Source of the DNA: an uncultured Candidatus Bathyarchaeia archaeon
GTDB lineage: Archaea; Thermoproteota; Bathyarchaeia; Bathyarchaeales; Bathyarchaeaceae
DNA length: 64,000 nucleotides
Direction: 5' to 3'
Assembly (NCBI GenBank): GCA_964618695.1
Contig: CAZUDX010000006.1
Span: 4,548 to 68,547, forward strand
Below are positions 48,809-57,508 of this stretch, in pieces. Numbering within the stretch: the first letter of the stretch is position 1; every line of letters begins with the position of its first letter. The notes below the pieces were generated by a model. That model saw nothing but the letters and a program-made list of their open reading frames with translations. It had not been told where the DNA came from and searched no databases. The position numbers and the translations under genes are program-made.

Positions 48809-49843
48809 TTGAATCATGGCTCCATGGTTTGGTATGCACAACTTTATATTTGGTTGGAGCGAAAAATCGCTTGGCTGACGTTCTTGGAAAAAGAGAAACG
48901 CGTCCTGATACTGGCAGGCGGTGGAGGACACACCGGCTTCGCCTACGCTTTAGCCCAGAGGCTAGAAAACAAAGCATCAATGGCTTTCCTCATACCTCAA
49001 GATGACACCCTAAGCCACACGAGACTAAACAGGTTCGGCGAAGTCGACTACCTCACAAAACCGCGGGGAGCCAAAACTCCCACAGGCAAATTTGCTTACA
49101 ATCTAGCCAAAGCATTCAGGACATCAATGAAGAAAGTCACAAGCAAATTTAACTCTGTTGTGAGCACAGGAAGCAACTTCTGTATCCCCCCAGCTCTCAC
49201 TGCCCTATCAAAAGGAATAAACATAGTGAACATCGAAGCTGCAGTACGTTTCACCAAAGCGTCCAGAACCGCCCGCATACTGCAGCCCTTCTCAGCAATC
49301 ACAGCCCTACAATGGCAAGAACAAAAAAAACTGCTAAACGGCACAGTTGTCGGTCCATTACTTCCCAAACCCGAAATCCAACCTCGAAATGAAGGCTACA
49401 CATTGGTCACTGGCGGATCACTGGGGCACAAACTACTATTCGAAGCCATAAACGAAAGCGAGCTAAAAAACGTAGTTTTACAGACAGGAGAAGTCGACCC
49501 TGAACCCTACATGAAAAGGCATCCTGAATGGAAGATAATCCGTTCTTCTCCCAAGTTTCCTGAGCTTTTGGCAGGAGCAGAAGTTGTTGTAACCCATTTT
49601 GGCTCTACAGCCTTGGAAGCAGTTGCCTACAAAAAACCTATGGTCATAGTGCTTAATCCCGAGTGGAAACACACAGTCGGAAAAAGAGACGCCGAAATCT
49701 TCTCGAAAAAAGTAGGCGCAGCCTTCATCTCAGAAATCAACTTAGACAATTTAATGGACACCATACAAAAAGCAAAGAACATTGAAACTCCAGCTTTGAG
49801 AGACGGAGCAAAAGTTTTAGCAAACATGATCTTGAATCTTTGA
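48809..49843 (+). CDS. Fused Alg14-like/Alg13-like (GT28, PssD/PssE-type) glycosyltransferase
   Basis: The N-terminal half has LILAGGGGHTGFAYAL. The C-terminal half has LVTGGSLGH...VVTHFGSTALEAVAYKKPMVIV. Confidence 0.7.
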   Translation: MNHGSMVWYAQLYIWLERKIAWLTFLEKEKRVLILAGGGGHTGFAYALAQRLENKASMAFLIPQDDTLSHTRLNRFGEVDYLTKPRGAKTPTGKFAYNLAKAFRTSMKKVTSKFNSVVSTGSNFCIPPALTALSKGINIVNIEAAVRFTKASRTARILQPFSAITALQWQEQKKLLNGTVVGPLLPKPEIQPRNEGYTLVTGGSLGHKLLFEAINESELKNVVLQTGEVDPEPYMKRHPEWKIIRSSPKFPELLAGAEVVVTHFGSTALEAVAYKKPMVIVLNPEWKHTVGKRDAEIFSKKVGAAFISEINLDNLMDTIQKAKNIETPALRDGAKVLANMILNL

Positions 49844-49858
49844 GGAGGCTGATCTAGC

Positions 49859-50899
49859 GTGAAAGTTGTTTACGTAGCTTTAGACCCTCTGAAATATCCG
49901 CGTATCAAAAAAATTGCTTCCAGCCTCAAAAAACTGGACGATGTAAAATTTGAAGTGATGATTCCCAAGTTCAGAATTGTTCCACGCGGTTCAGATCGGT
50001 TTAAACGCCTTTTCTTAGCAGTTGCAAACTACTTGGCTGTGTTTCTGCAACTTTTCTTCGTCAAAGCAGACATATATTGGGTCGCCAACTGCCCCGACAT
50101 CCTAGCCATCCCTCTAGTTTTGCGAAGAAAAAAATACTTGCTGGAATATCGTTCACCATGGTCAATCGAAGTGGAAGACGAATTCGGCAAAGGACCATGG
50201 GTTCGACCAGCAGCCATTATCGAAAAAACTGCTTTGAATAGCGCCTTAGCCATAACCTTAACCACAAGCAAACTACAGAAAAGAGTCAGCGGCTATGGCA
50301 AACCCACTTTTGTCATCCCCAACTTTTCAACGAAAAACTTTGAAGCTTCCATTAGTGCAGACGATTTTAGAAGAAAACACGGGGTTAAAAGCGATGAAAA
50401 AATAGTTCTGTTTGTCGGCAAATTAACGCATGTTGAAGGCGCAGACATGCTTCCTGAAATCATCGAACAAGTCTTAAAAAAAGCTAACTGCGTCTTCTGG
50501 ATCGTCGGTAACGGTCCTCTCCTGCCATTTTTGAAGACGTATGAAAAAAAATTTGGCACTAAAATCAGGTTGTTTGGTTGGGTGCCGCACGAAGAAGTTT
50601 CAAATTTTGTTAATGCCGCAGATGTCTGCTTGGCGCCTAGGCACGCTTCGAAGTATTCTCAGTTTTATAATGAAGAGGGATTACACAAGGTTGCGGAGTA
50701 CATGTTTTTCGGCAAACCAATAGTGGCTTGTGGAATCGCCGAATCTTCCCAATATCTGCTGGTTAAAGAAACCGAGATGGCTGAAGGAACACTTAGAGCT
50801 TTGAAAGGCGAGACTCAAGCTTCCACACCAAAAACATGGGAAGAAAATAGTGAAACAAAGATTTTTGAGTTATTCAGCTGGCTAAAATCGAAAACTTGA
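49859..50899 (+). CDS. Glycosyltransferase family 4 (GT-B)
   Basis: VLFVGKLTHVEGADML...GNGPL...EGLHKVAEYMFFGKPIVA (EX7E-like). Confidence 0.8.
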   Translation: MKVVYVALDPLKYPRIKKIASSLKKLDDVKFEVMIPKFRIVPRGSDRFKRLFLAVANYLAVFLQLFFVKADIYWVANCPDILAIPLVLRRKKYLLEYRSPWSIEVEDEFGKGPWVRPAAIIEKTALNSALAITLTTSKLQKRVSGYGKPTFVIPNFSTKNFEASISADDFRRKHGVKSDEKIVLFVGKLTHVEGADMLPEIIEQVLKKANCVFWIVGNGPLLPFLKTYEKKFGTKIRLFGWVPHEEVSNFVNAADVCLAPRHASKYSQFYNEEGLHKVAEYMFFGKPIVACGIAESSQYLLVKETEMAEGTLRALKGETQASTPKTWEENSETKIFELFSWLKSKT

Positions 50900-51000
50900 A
50901 AGCCAAATTTTTAGATTTGACTTCCTGCAGTCCATGATTGTTGGACTTATATATTTGTAAACAATAAAAAATTACAACCAAAACCCGCAGGGCTACAAAC

Positions 51001-52104
51001 ATGAACGTTACGTTAATTCTGGGAACGAGACCTCAAATAATCAAGTCTGCTCCATTAATCCACCTAGCCGAAGAAGATTCAGATGTGGACATGCAGCTTG
51101 TTCACACGGGTCAACATTACGATTACGAAATGTCCAAAGAATTCTTCGACGAACTAAACCTTCCAGACCCAACAGCGAACCTGAACATCGGCTCCGGCAC
51201 TCACGGTTGGCAAACCGGCAAAATGTTGATTGCTCTAGGAAATGTGTTGAAGGATGAGAAACCTGACTTGATAATTGTTCCTGGAGACACAAACTCCACC
51301 ATAGCTGGCGCATTATTTGCCTCCAAACTCCACATTCCAGTGGCGCACATGGAGGCTGGCGAAAGAAGCTACAACATGGATATGCCCGAAGAGGTAAACC
51401 GCCGACTCACCGACCATTGTTCAACTCTTCTATTCGCAGCAACCAAAAAATCTGTCAACAACCTTTTGAAAGAGGGAATAAACCCGAAGAGCATTCATCT
51501 AGTCGGCGACACGATGTACGATTCCGTGCTGAACCATATTTCAGCGGCTTTGAAAGAAAACCTTTTAGGCAAACTGGGTTTGCAGCAAGATAGTTACGCC
51601 GTTCTCACAGCACATAGACCAGAAAATGTTGATTCGCCGAAAAGACTGGAAGAAATCGTGGAAGCGACAAGACAGTTAGGGGACGTGACTATAGTTTTTC
51701 CAATTCATCCACGGACGAAACTCAGATTGGAGGAAACGGGTCTACAGAAGAAGTTGAAGAAGAACGTTAGGATTATTAAGCCGCTGAAATACCGTGAAAT
51801 GCTTAACCTAATGAAAAACGCTAAACTGCTTCTCACGGACTCGGGTGGAATGCAAAAGGAAGCCTTCTGGCTAGAAACACCATGCGTTACCCTAAGAAAT
51901 GAAACAGAATGGACAGAAACGATTGAATTAGGCGCCAATGTTTTGGTTGGAACTAATCCTCAAAAAATTGTGAAGGAAACCAACAGAATCTTGAAGGATG
52001 AAACAAAAGGCAAAAAAATCAGCATTGACACTAACCCTTTTGGGGATGGAAAAGCGTCACAGAAAATACTTAACATCATCAAAAATTTTTGCTCCAGTAT
52101 CTAA
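51001..52104 (+). CDS. wecB: UDP-N-acetylglucosamine 2-epimerase (non-hydrolysing, WecB family)
   Basis: LGTRPQIIK, HTGQHYDYEMS, VPGDTNST, HMEAGERS, EEVNRRLTDH and DSGGMQKEA motifs. Confidence 0.9.
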   Translation: MNVTLILGTRPQIIKSAPLIHLAEEDSDVDMQLVHTGQHYDYEMSKEFFDELNLPDPTANLNIGSGTHGWQTGKMLIALGNVLKDEKPDLIIVPGDTNSTIAGALFASKLHIPVAHMEAGERSYNMDMPEEVNRRLTDHCSTLLFAATKKSVNNLLKEGINPKSIHLVGDTMYDSVLNHISAALKENLLGKLGLQQDSYAVLTAHRPENVDSPKRLEEIVEATRQLGDVTIVFPIHPRTKLRLEETGLQKKLKKNVRIIKPLKYREMLNLMKNAKLLLTDSGGMQKEAFWLETPCVTLRNETEWTETIELGANVLVGTNPQKIVKETNRILKDETKGKKISIDTNPFGDGKASQKILNIIKNFCSSI

Positions 52105-52188
52105 TCTGAGAAAAGCTTGCGAAAGTTGGTCTGATGGAAAACATTTAAATCCTGTGAAACATCGTTACCAAGCTTAGAGGCTCATGTA

Positions 52189-52359
52189 ATGTCAGAAAAA
52201 GTTTCACGTGGACTTACTTACGAATGCGTGAAATGCGGTGCCAAAGTTAAGACTGAAGAGCTTGAGTTGCGCGGTGGAGGAGTGAAATGCACCTTTTGTG
52301 GTTACCGCGTCCTCAAGAAGAAGAGACCGCCCGTAGTGAAACGAGTCTCCACAGGATAA
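52189..52359 (+). CDS. rpoP: DNA-directed RNA polymerase subunit P (Rpo12/RPABC4)
   Basis: 56-aa ORF missing from the track because it is under 60 aa: MSEKVSRGLTYECVKCGAKVKTEELELRGGGVKCTFCGYRVLKKKRPPVVKRVSTG. It is a Zn ribbon (CxxC...CxxC) with the typical ...R(V/I)L.K.RP ending. Confidence 0.8.
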   Translation: MSEKVSRGLTYECVKCGAKVKTEELELRGGGVKCTFCGYRVLKKKRPPVVKRVSTG

Positions 52360-52487
52360 CTTCAGCCGCCTTTCATTTTAACAGTAAAATCTTAAAAGAA
52401 TATAGACTGTTGTTGCGCTGAATCTCCAACCTGTTGTTAACTATAGATGTTAATCTTGGAAAAAGAAAATGGGGGAAAAAAGAAATT

Positions 52488-52775
52488 CTAGTAGATTTCT
52501 TTTTCGCCTAACTTCCTTAGAGCTTTACCTTTGAGTTTCACAGATGGAATTAGGGTTTCTTCAGGTCTCTTTTCAACTGTTCTGCGTTTCACAGATTCAC
52601 CGCATACCCCACCGGGCAGTAGCCGTCTCTTTACGCATGTTGCGTAGCTGCAGTTGGCTACATTGCATTCGTCATCGGTCCATCTGCACCAAACTCGGTT
52701 TCCTTGATAGATCACAGCTCGTTTCAAGCATTTGAACATCCGACAGTTTGGAGAACAATATTTTGTTTCAGCCAA
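52488..52775 (-). CDS. Small Cys-rich basic protein (unknown function)
   Basis: Nine Cys in the first ~60 aa (CSPNC...C...C...C...C...C..) followed by a basic tail. Confidence 0.55.
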   Translation of the reverse strand: MAETKYCSPNCRMFKCLKRAVIYQGNRVWCRWTDDECNVANCSYATCVKRRLLPGGVCGESVKRRTVEKRPEETLIPSVKLKGKALRKLGEKEIY

Positions 52776-52872
52776 TATGTGCCACGTCCTTCACATGAAC
52801 AAAAATTCTTTGATGTTGATGCCATCAGCAGTTTATGCTTCGACGACTGAAAAATATAAGTTTTTTGTTTTT

Positions 52873-52934
52873 AGGTTCTGTTACCTCTTCGGTTGGTTAA
52901 GCTTTTCTGAAGGGCTGTTACTTTTCGGTTGATA
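52873..52934 (+). repeat. Left terminal inverted repeat (62 bp) with internal sub-repeats GTTAC(C/T)T(C/T)TTCGGTTG(G/A)T
   Basis: AGGTTCTGTTACCTCTTCGGTTGGTTAAGCTTTTCTGAAGGGCTGTTACTTTTCGGTTGATA. Confidence 0.9.
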
Positions 52935-53059
52935 GACTACGAAGAGCCTAATTCTGAATCTATAGTTTATAACCCAAAACATTAAATATGATGTTGAAAG
53001 ACTGACATTTCGAGTGTGTATATATGTCTCCATGGGTTCAATGAGAAGGTGACTCGTGG

Positions 53060-53725
53060 ATGGTATGCCTTAAGGATTTTAGAAGCGGTCAAAAGCGTGA
53101 TAGAACGTTAGAGGAACGTATCACTGACCGATTTTTGCTACTTTATCTAATTCACGATGCTGGTGAAGTTCTTGGAAAAACTAAACTTCAAAAACTCGCT
53201 TACCTATCTGAATTTGAAATGAATACACAAGGATTTAAAGGATTAAATTTCAATTTTATAAAAATGCCTTACGGTCCTTATAGTTCAGAGCTAGAGAAAG
53301 ATAGGGAACTATTGATTAACTCTCACATTATATCAAGACAGGTACATGTACCAACACAGTTTGGCAGAATGGTTCTTAATAATTTTCAACATTTAATCCA
53401 AAACAATCCTGTCCTAACAGAAAAGATTCAGAAAGTAAACCGAGAGTATGCACATATTCCTAGGGATGAATTAGTGGACATTGTACATGAAATGTGCAAC
53501 CCTATGAGACCGTGGTCAACAATAAATGAGTCAAGACATGGTAGTTACCTCTTAAAGAGAATAAAGATTTGGCATAAAGACAGAGTTTTTAAACTCTCAG
53601 AGAGTGATATTGCATCTCTAGAGATTTATTTCAGCCCTACAGCATTTGACTCACTTAAGCTCTCGCTTAATGAGGCAAAAACTAAACCCGCTGTTAATCT
53701 CAGAGATGTGAAGAATCTTGCCTAA
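53060..53725 (+). CDS. SocA/Panacea (DUF4065) domain protein, putative antitoxin
   Basis: GKTKLQKLAYLSEFEM...FIKMPYGPYSSEL matches the KLqKLlY...GP signature of DUF4065. Confidence 0.75.
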   Translation: MVCLKDFRSGQKRDRTLEERITDRFLLLYLIHDAGEVLGKTKLQKLAYLSEFEMNTQGFKGLNFNFIKMPYGPYSSELEKDRELLINSHIISRQVHVPTQFGRMVLNNFQHLIQNNPVLTEKIQKVNREYAHIPRDELVDIVHEMCNPMRPWSTINESRHGSYLLKRIKIWHKDRVFKLSESDIASLEIYFSPTAFDSLKLSLNEAKTKPAVNLRDVKNLA

Positions 53726-54056
53726 AGTTTTTCTTCAGCAAAAAGCATGTAGGCAACTTAAAAAGCTTAAGAAAAAAGCTAAAGTTAGATACGAAAAAAT
53801 ATTAAAATGCCTTGATGAACTTTCAGAAGACGCAGAAAACGATTCTATACTCTTGCAAGACCCGATTTTTTATGGACTTAGGCGAATGAAAGCAAAGGAC
53901 GATAGGATAATTTTTCAAATTTGTAAAGAGTGCCGATCTAACCCCACAATTATGAGGCTTAGACAGTGTATTGATTGCGAGGAGATTCCTGCTAACGGGA
54001 TTAAAGTTTTTGAGATTCAATTAAGAAAAGATGCGTACAAGACCCATAATCATTAA
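53718..54056 (+). CDS. RelE/ParE-fold-like putative toxin with a CxxC...CxxC zinc-knuckle insertion
   Basis: The N-terminus has the A.RQLKKLKKKAKVRYEKILKCLDELSED pattern. DDRIIFQI ... IKVFEIQLRKDAYK resembles the RelE core strands, separated by CKECRSNPTIMRLRQCIDC. TTG start with an 8-nt overlap onto the upstream gene. Confidence 0.6.
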   Translation: MPKVFLQQKACRQLKKLKKKAKVRYEKILKCLDELSEDAENDSILLQDPIFYGLRRMKAKDDRIIFQICKECRSNPTIMRLRQCIDCEEIPANGIKVFEIQLRKDAYKTHNH

Positions 54057-54221
54057 GACGAGTTAAAGGAAATATCCAAAATTTCACCACAAAAAACGAG
54101 GTTCTGTTAACTCTTAAGCACATCGGCTAGTTTTGAAAGGGTGTTAACTATCGGTACATTAATATCATTAAATCCATAAGACATATAAGAAGTATCTCTT
54201 TGAATTTAATAGGGAGTATCA

Positions 54222-54812
54222 TTGAGTTTTAAGGTTTTCAAACATGACAGTTTGATTATCATCGAAGTTCCTTTAACCCAAAAAGAAATTGACAAATGTC
54301 TCGAAATGGGCAAAAAAAGAACCGAGCTAGATGAGGAAGAATTAGGATGGACATATCGCCATCATGGCATGAAAAGTGAGAAAGCCCATGCAATAGGTTT
54401 TATGGGAGAACTTGCTTTTGAAAAAATTCTTGACTCTGAAGGGATAGAGTACATAAGGAACAATCCATTTGTTGAAAAATACGAAGACATTGAACAAGAC
54501 TTCAGAATAGGGAATATTGAAATCGGAGTGAAAAGTGCAAATAATGATAGTTTGGAAGGTGCAACTAGATACGGTACCTTTCTTTATCCAGCCAAACAAG
54601 AGATGGGAGAATCTAAAAGGATTCTTTCTTACCCTGATTATTTAGTGCAAACAGTTGTCAGCATTAGTGAGAAAAAATGTTGGGTATGTGGATTTGTTGA
54701 TGAAGAAACCATACGAAAATCACCTACAAGAATAATCGTTAGAAGACCAGCTCATAGGATACCCATTGACGAATACAAACCAATAGAAACTCTTCTTAAA
54801 GAATTGGACTGA
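54222..54812 (+). CDS. Hypothetical protein, possible PD-(D/E)xK-like nuclease (candidate restriction partner)
   Basis: The order GELAFEKIL ... QDFRIGNIEIGVKSA suggests an E / D / E..K arrangement. It is convergent with, and overlaps by 17 nt, the methyltransferase gene. The catalytic assignment is weak. Confidence 0.55.
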   Translation: MSFKVFKHDSLIIIEVPLTQKEIDKCLEMGKKRTELDEEELGWTYRHHGMKSEKAHAIGFMGELAFEKILDSEGIEYIRNNPFVEKYEDIEQDFRIGNIEIGVKSANNDSLEGATRYGTFLYPAKQEMGESKRILSYPDYLVQTVVSISEKKCWVCGFVDEETIRKSPTRIIVRRPAHRIPIDEYKPIETLLKELD

Positions 54813-57156
54813 AATCAATTTTTTGTTTCTGGTCGTAACGGATAATATCCGCTCCGCCTACTTCTCTCTTTATTAGTGGGATATATTCTGGTGAAACTTC
54901 TATCCCTACTGAACGTCTTTTCAAGGCTTTCGCAACTTTGCTTGTTGTTCCAGAACCCAAGAATGGGTCTAAAACAACCTCGCCCTCATAAGAGTACATT
55001 TTGATTAGTCTTTTCACAATAGTTTCTGGGAAAGGTGCTGGGTGGTCTTTTACGTGAGATACAGGTAACTCCCAAATGCTCCAACTCCATTCCTTAACTT
55101 CACTTACGCTTAGGGGATTGCGTCCAAAGAAAACTTCAGGTTTGTCGCCTTTCTGAAAAATGAGAATGTGTTCATGATGAATGTTTATCATTGTATTTCT
55201 AGGATATGGTTGATTTAGAAAAGAGGTCGTTCCTCTGTTCCAGATTCCTTGTATTCCTAAAGGTTTTACCCAAATGTGCTCTCGTTTATAGTGAAATCCA
55301 ATATCTTCAAGCAATTGCGTGATAAGTGCTGGAATGAAATAGGATTTTTCTCCGCTAGTAAATTGCCCAACAATTACACAAAGAAATCTACCATCTTTCA
55401 GAACCTTGAAACACCCCTCAAATATTGTTTTCAAATCCTTCAAGTACACGTCAATTGATTGAGCATCAATCCTAAAATCGCTATCAGGATAATCTTTAAG
55501 GGAAAAATAGGGTGGCGAAGTAATTATCAAGTCCACAAAAGTGCGGTCAAGCTGTCCTAAAATCGTTCCAGCATCACCAATAACAATTTTGTGAACAAGG
55601 TCGGCTTCGTTTACTTTCCATGTAATAGATTCTTCAATTTTTTTCCTTTTAGCCAATCTTTCTGAAGCCAACAGTTCCTTGTATCGTTGTGATGCCTCCT
55701 TGAGGAGCTTCTTATCTTCCAAAATTACATCTTTTGCTTTTTCTACAGCTTTTTGCTCAATGCGTTTTCTTTCAGCCTCAATCCTCTTTTTAATCTCTTC
55801 CTCAGCCTTTTTCTTTGTTTCTTCTTCTAATCGTTTCTTTTCCTGCTCTATACGTCTTTCTTCCTCTTTTTCAATTTCAGCTCTGAGAACTTTTGCATCT
55901 TCGTAAGCCAAGTCGGGGTCTTCTAAACTTTTTTGTCGTATATCGTTAACTCTCTCTTCAAAATCGGAAACATTGAAACCTAACTGTTTAGCTTCTTCTA
56001 GTATTGACATTACATTATTCTTACCTCCCGACAAAAACTTCTCTACTTTTTGTCGACCTTTCTCTAGCTTTACAAGACCTGTAAGTTCTTTTTTAATCCT
56101 GTTTATCTCCCTCTTCGCACCACCAGAATCTTCTTTAATAGAAGCAGACAACTGGTTGGTTTTGGATTTGTATTGAGCTACATCCAATCCAATTTCTTCA
56201 GCTTCCTTGATTTTGCTTTTTAGACCGTTAAGTGCTTTATTTACTGCATCAATTTTCTTTTGTTTTTCCAGCGCCAGTCTAACTGCTTCATTCATAACTG
56301 CTTCTTTTGTTGGTGGTTTCCCTTCAGGTAACTTATTGTCCTCCTCTTCCTCTTCGCTCTCTTTCTTTTTGTCTTCCAGTTTTTTAGCTAGTTCTTCTGC
56401 TTCTATGTTAAAACGAGTGAAATAATTCTTAATGTAATCTCTTAATTGTTGTCGGTCTTGAAATTTTCCTTCTCGGAGCATTTTTTCTACTTCGGCTTGT
56501 TTCTTGGGATGATCTGGATAAAGGCTTGTAACAGGACCTGCGTAGGAGTAAGGAATTTGACCTTTTCCTCTTCCAATCATTGCTTGTGTTTCAGGTTCTA
56601 GCAAAAGGCATTGAATATAATTCCAGATAGTCATCTGATTTTTCTTTAGTAGTCTAGCGAGTTCTGATGTACCTCTTTTATCATAACGTCCTATTCCTTC
56701 TTTAGTAATTCCTTGTCTTAAGCCTAATAAATTTATTAGGCTAACTCTATCCATTGACTTCAATTCTTTAAGGGAGTAGTTTTTGTCTGTGTTGATGTTT
56801 ACAATCCAACGACCGTAAGCCCAAGCTTTATCCATGTCTCCATGCAGTTTTTTGTATTCATCATCCTCCATTTGTAGACGGAATTTTTCTATAGGACTCA
56901 ATCCTACGAGTCTTTCAACTTTAACTTTCGGTAATCCAGCAATTAATGATGCACGCCATCTTCGTTCTCCAAGAATAATCATGTTGTTCTCGTCAATTTT
57001 AATTTGCCAAATCTGGTTTTTCGTATCTCCATGATATGATTCTGCCAGTTTTTGCAGTGCTTCTTGTTCTTCTGGGCTGTCCCAATTAGGTTGACGTGGT
57101 TGGTTCGGGTCACGCTTCAAAACATTTGGATCTATATATTCGATTAGTTTACTCAT
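54796..57156 (-). CDS. ParB-like N-terminal domain, ~250-aa K/E coiled coil and N4/N6 DNA methyltransferase (PF01555-type) fusion
   Basis: ParB motif ILGERRWRA. Long EEKKR-rich coiled region. The MTase has DLIITSPPY (motif IV) upstream of VVLDPFLGSGTT (motif I), which is the beta-class order. Confidence 0.9.
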   Translation of the reverse strand: MSKLIEYIDPNVLKRDPNQPRQPNWDSPEEQEALQKLAESYHGDTKNQIWQIKIDENNMIILGERRWRASLIAGLPKVKVERLVGLSPIEKFRLQMEDDEYKKLHGDMDKAWAYGRWIVNINTDKNYSLKELKSMDRVSLINLLGLRQGITKEGIGRYDKRGTSELARLLKKNQMTIWNYIQCLLLEPETQAMIGRGKGQIPYSYAGPVTSLYPDHPKKQAEVEKMLREGKFQDRQQLRDYIKNYFTRFNIEAEELAKKLEDKKKESEEEEEDNKLPEGKPPTKEAVMNEAVRLALEKQKKIDAVNKALNGLKSKIKEAEEIGLDVAQYKSKTNQLSASIKEDSGGAKREINRIKKELTGLVKLEKGRQKVEKFLSGGKNNVMSILEEAKQLGFNVSDFEERVNDIRQKSLEDPDLAYEDAKVLRAEIEKEEERRIEQEKKRLEEETKKKAEEEIKKRIEAERKRIEQKAVEKAKDVILEDKKLLKEASQRYKELLASERLAKRKKIEESITWKVNEADLVHKIVIGDAGTILGQLDRTFVDLIITSPPYFSLKDYPDSDFRIDAQSIDVYLKDLKTIFEGCFKVLKDGRFLCVIVGQFTSGEKSYFIPALITQLLEDIGFHYKREHIWVKPLGIQGIWNRGTTSFLNQPYPRNTMINIHHEHILIFQKGDKPEVFFGRNPLSVSEVKEWSWSIWELPVSHVKDHPAPFPETIVKRLIKMYSYEGEVVLDPFLGSGTTSKVAKALKRRSVGIEVSPEYIPLIKREVGGADIIRYDQKQKIDFSPIL

Positions 57157-57175
57157 CTCAATTCTCTCTTATTAG

Positions 57176-57382
57176 TTAAATTTCTCCAGAGTTCCTTATG
57201 GGTTTCACAATTATAACCAATTCACCCTCTTCGACTTTCAGTTTCCAGCTTAGTTTGTCTCCTGCCTTGAGATTAAACTGTTTAATTATGCTCATTGGAA
57301 CGGTTGCTCTCATTGAAGTACTTTTTGTTGTCGCTGGTGTTAGTGTTGTCGTTTCTCCAATATCTTCTTCATTGGCATTCAT
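57176..57382 (-). CDS. AbrB/MazE/SpoVT-family small DNA-binding protein
   Basis: RATVPMSIIKQFNLKAGDKLSWKLKVEEGELVIIVKP is a swapped-hairpin AbrB-like pattern. I chose the ATG at 57382, because the rest of ORF 57176-57718 runs through the intergenic operator array and into the transposase gene. Confidence 0.7.
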   Translation of the reverse strand: MNANEEDIGETTTLTPATTKSTSMRATVPMSIIKQFNLKAGDKLSWKLKVEEGELVIIVKPIRNSGEI

Positions 57383-57397
57383 GGTATCCACATTGAT

Positions 57398-57503
57398 AGG
57401 TAATGCATTAGGTAACTTATAAAACTTTTTACCTAAAAATTGTCTAAAACATTTACCTAAACATTTATATATTAGGTAAGCGTATAGGTAAAATTGTAGG
57501 TAA
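57398..57503. promoter_or_regulatory. Array of seven TAGGTAA boxes (five forward, two inverted) between the divergent abrB-like and transposase genes
   Basis: The AGGTAA core occurs at 57398, 57410, 57474, 57486 and 57498 on the forward strand, with 12-bp spacing within the forward clusters. TTACCT occurs at 57429 and 57453. Confidence 0.6.
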
Positions 57504-57508
57504 AGCTT

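Noticed and set aside
48160-49005. Plus-strand ORFs overlapping the hexapeptide acetyltransferase
   Set aside because: They are shadow ORFs of the repetitive LbH coding sequence. The minus-strand frame carries the hexapeptide repeats.
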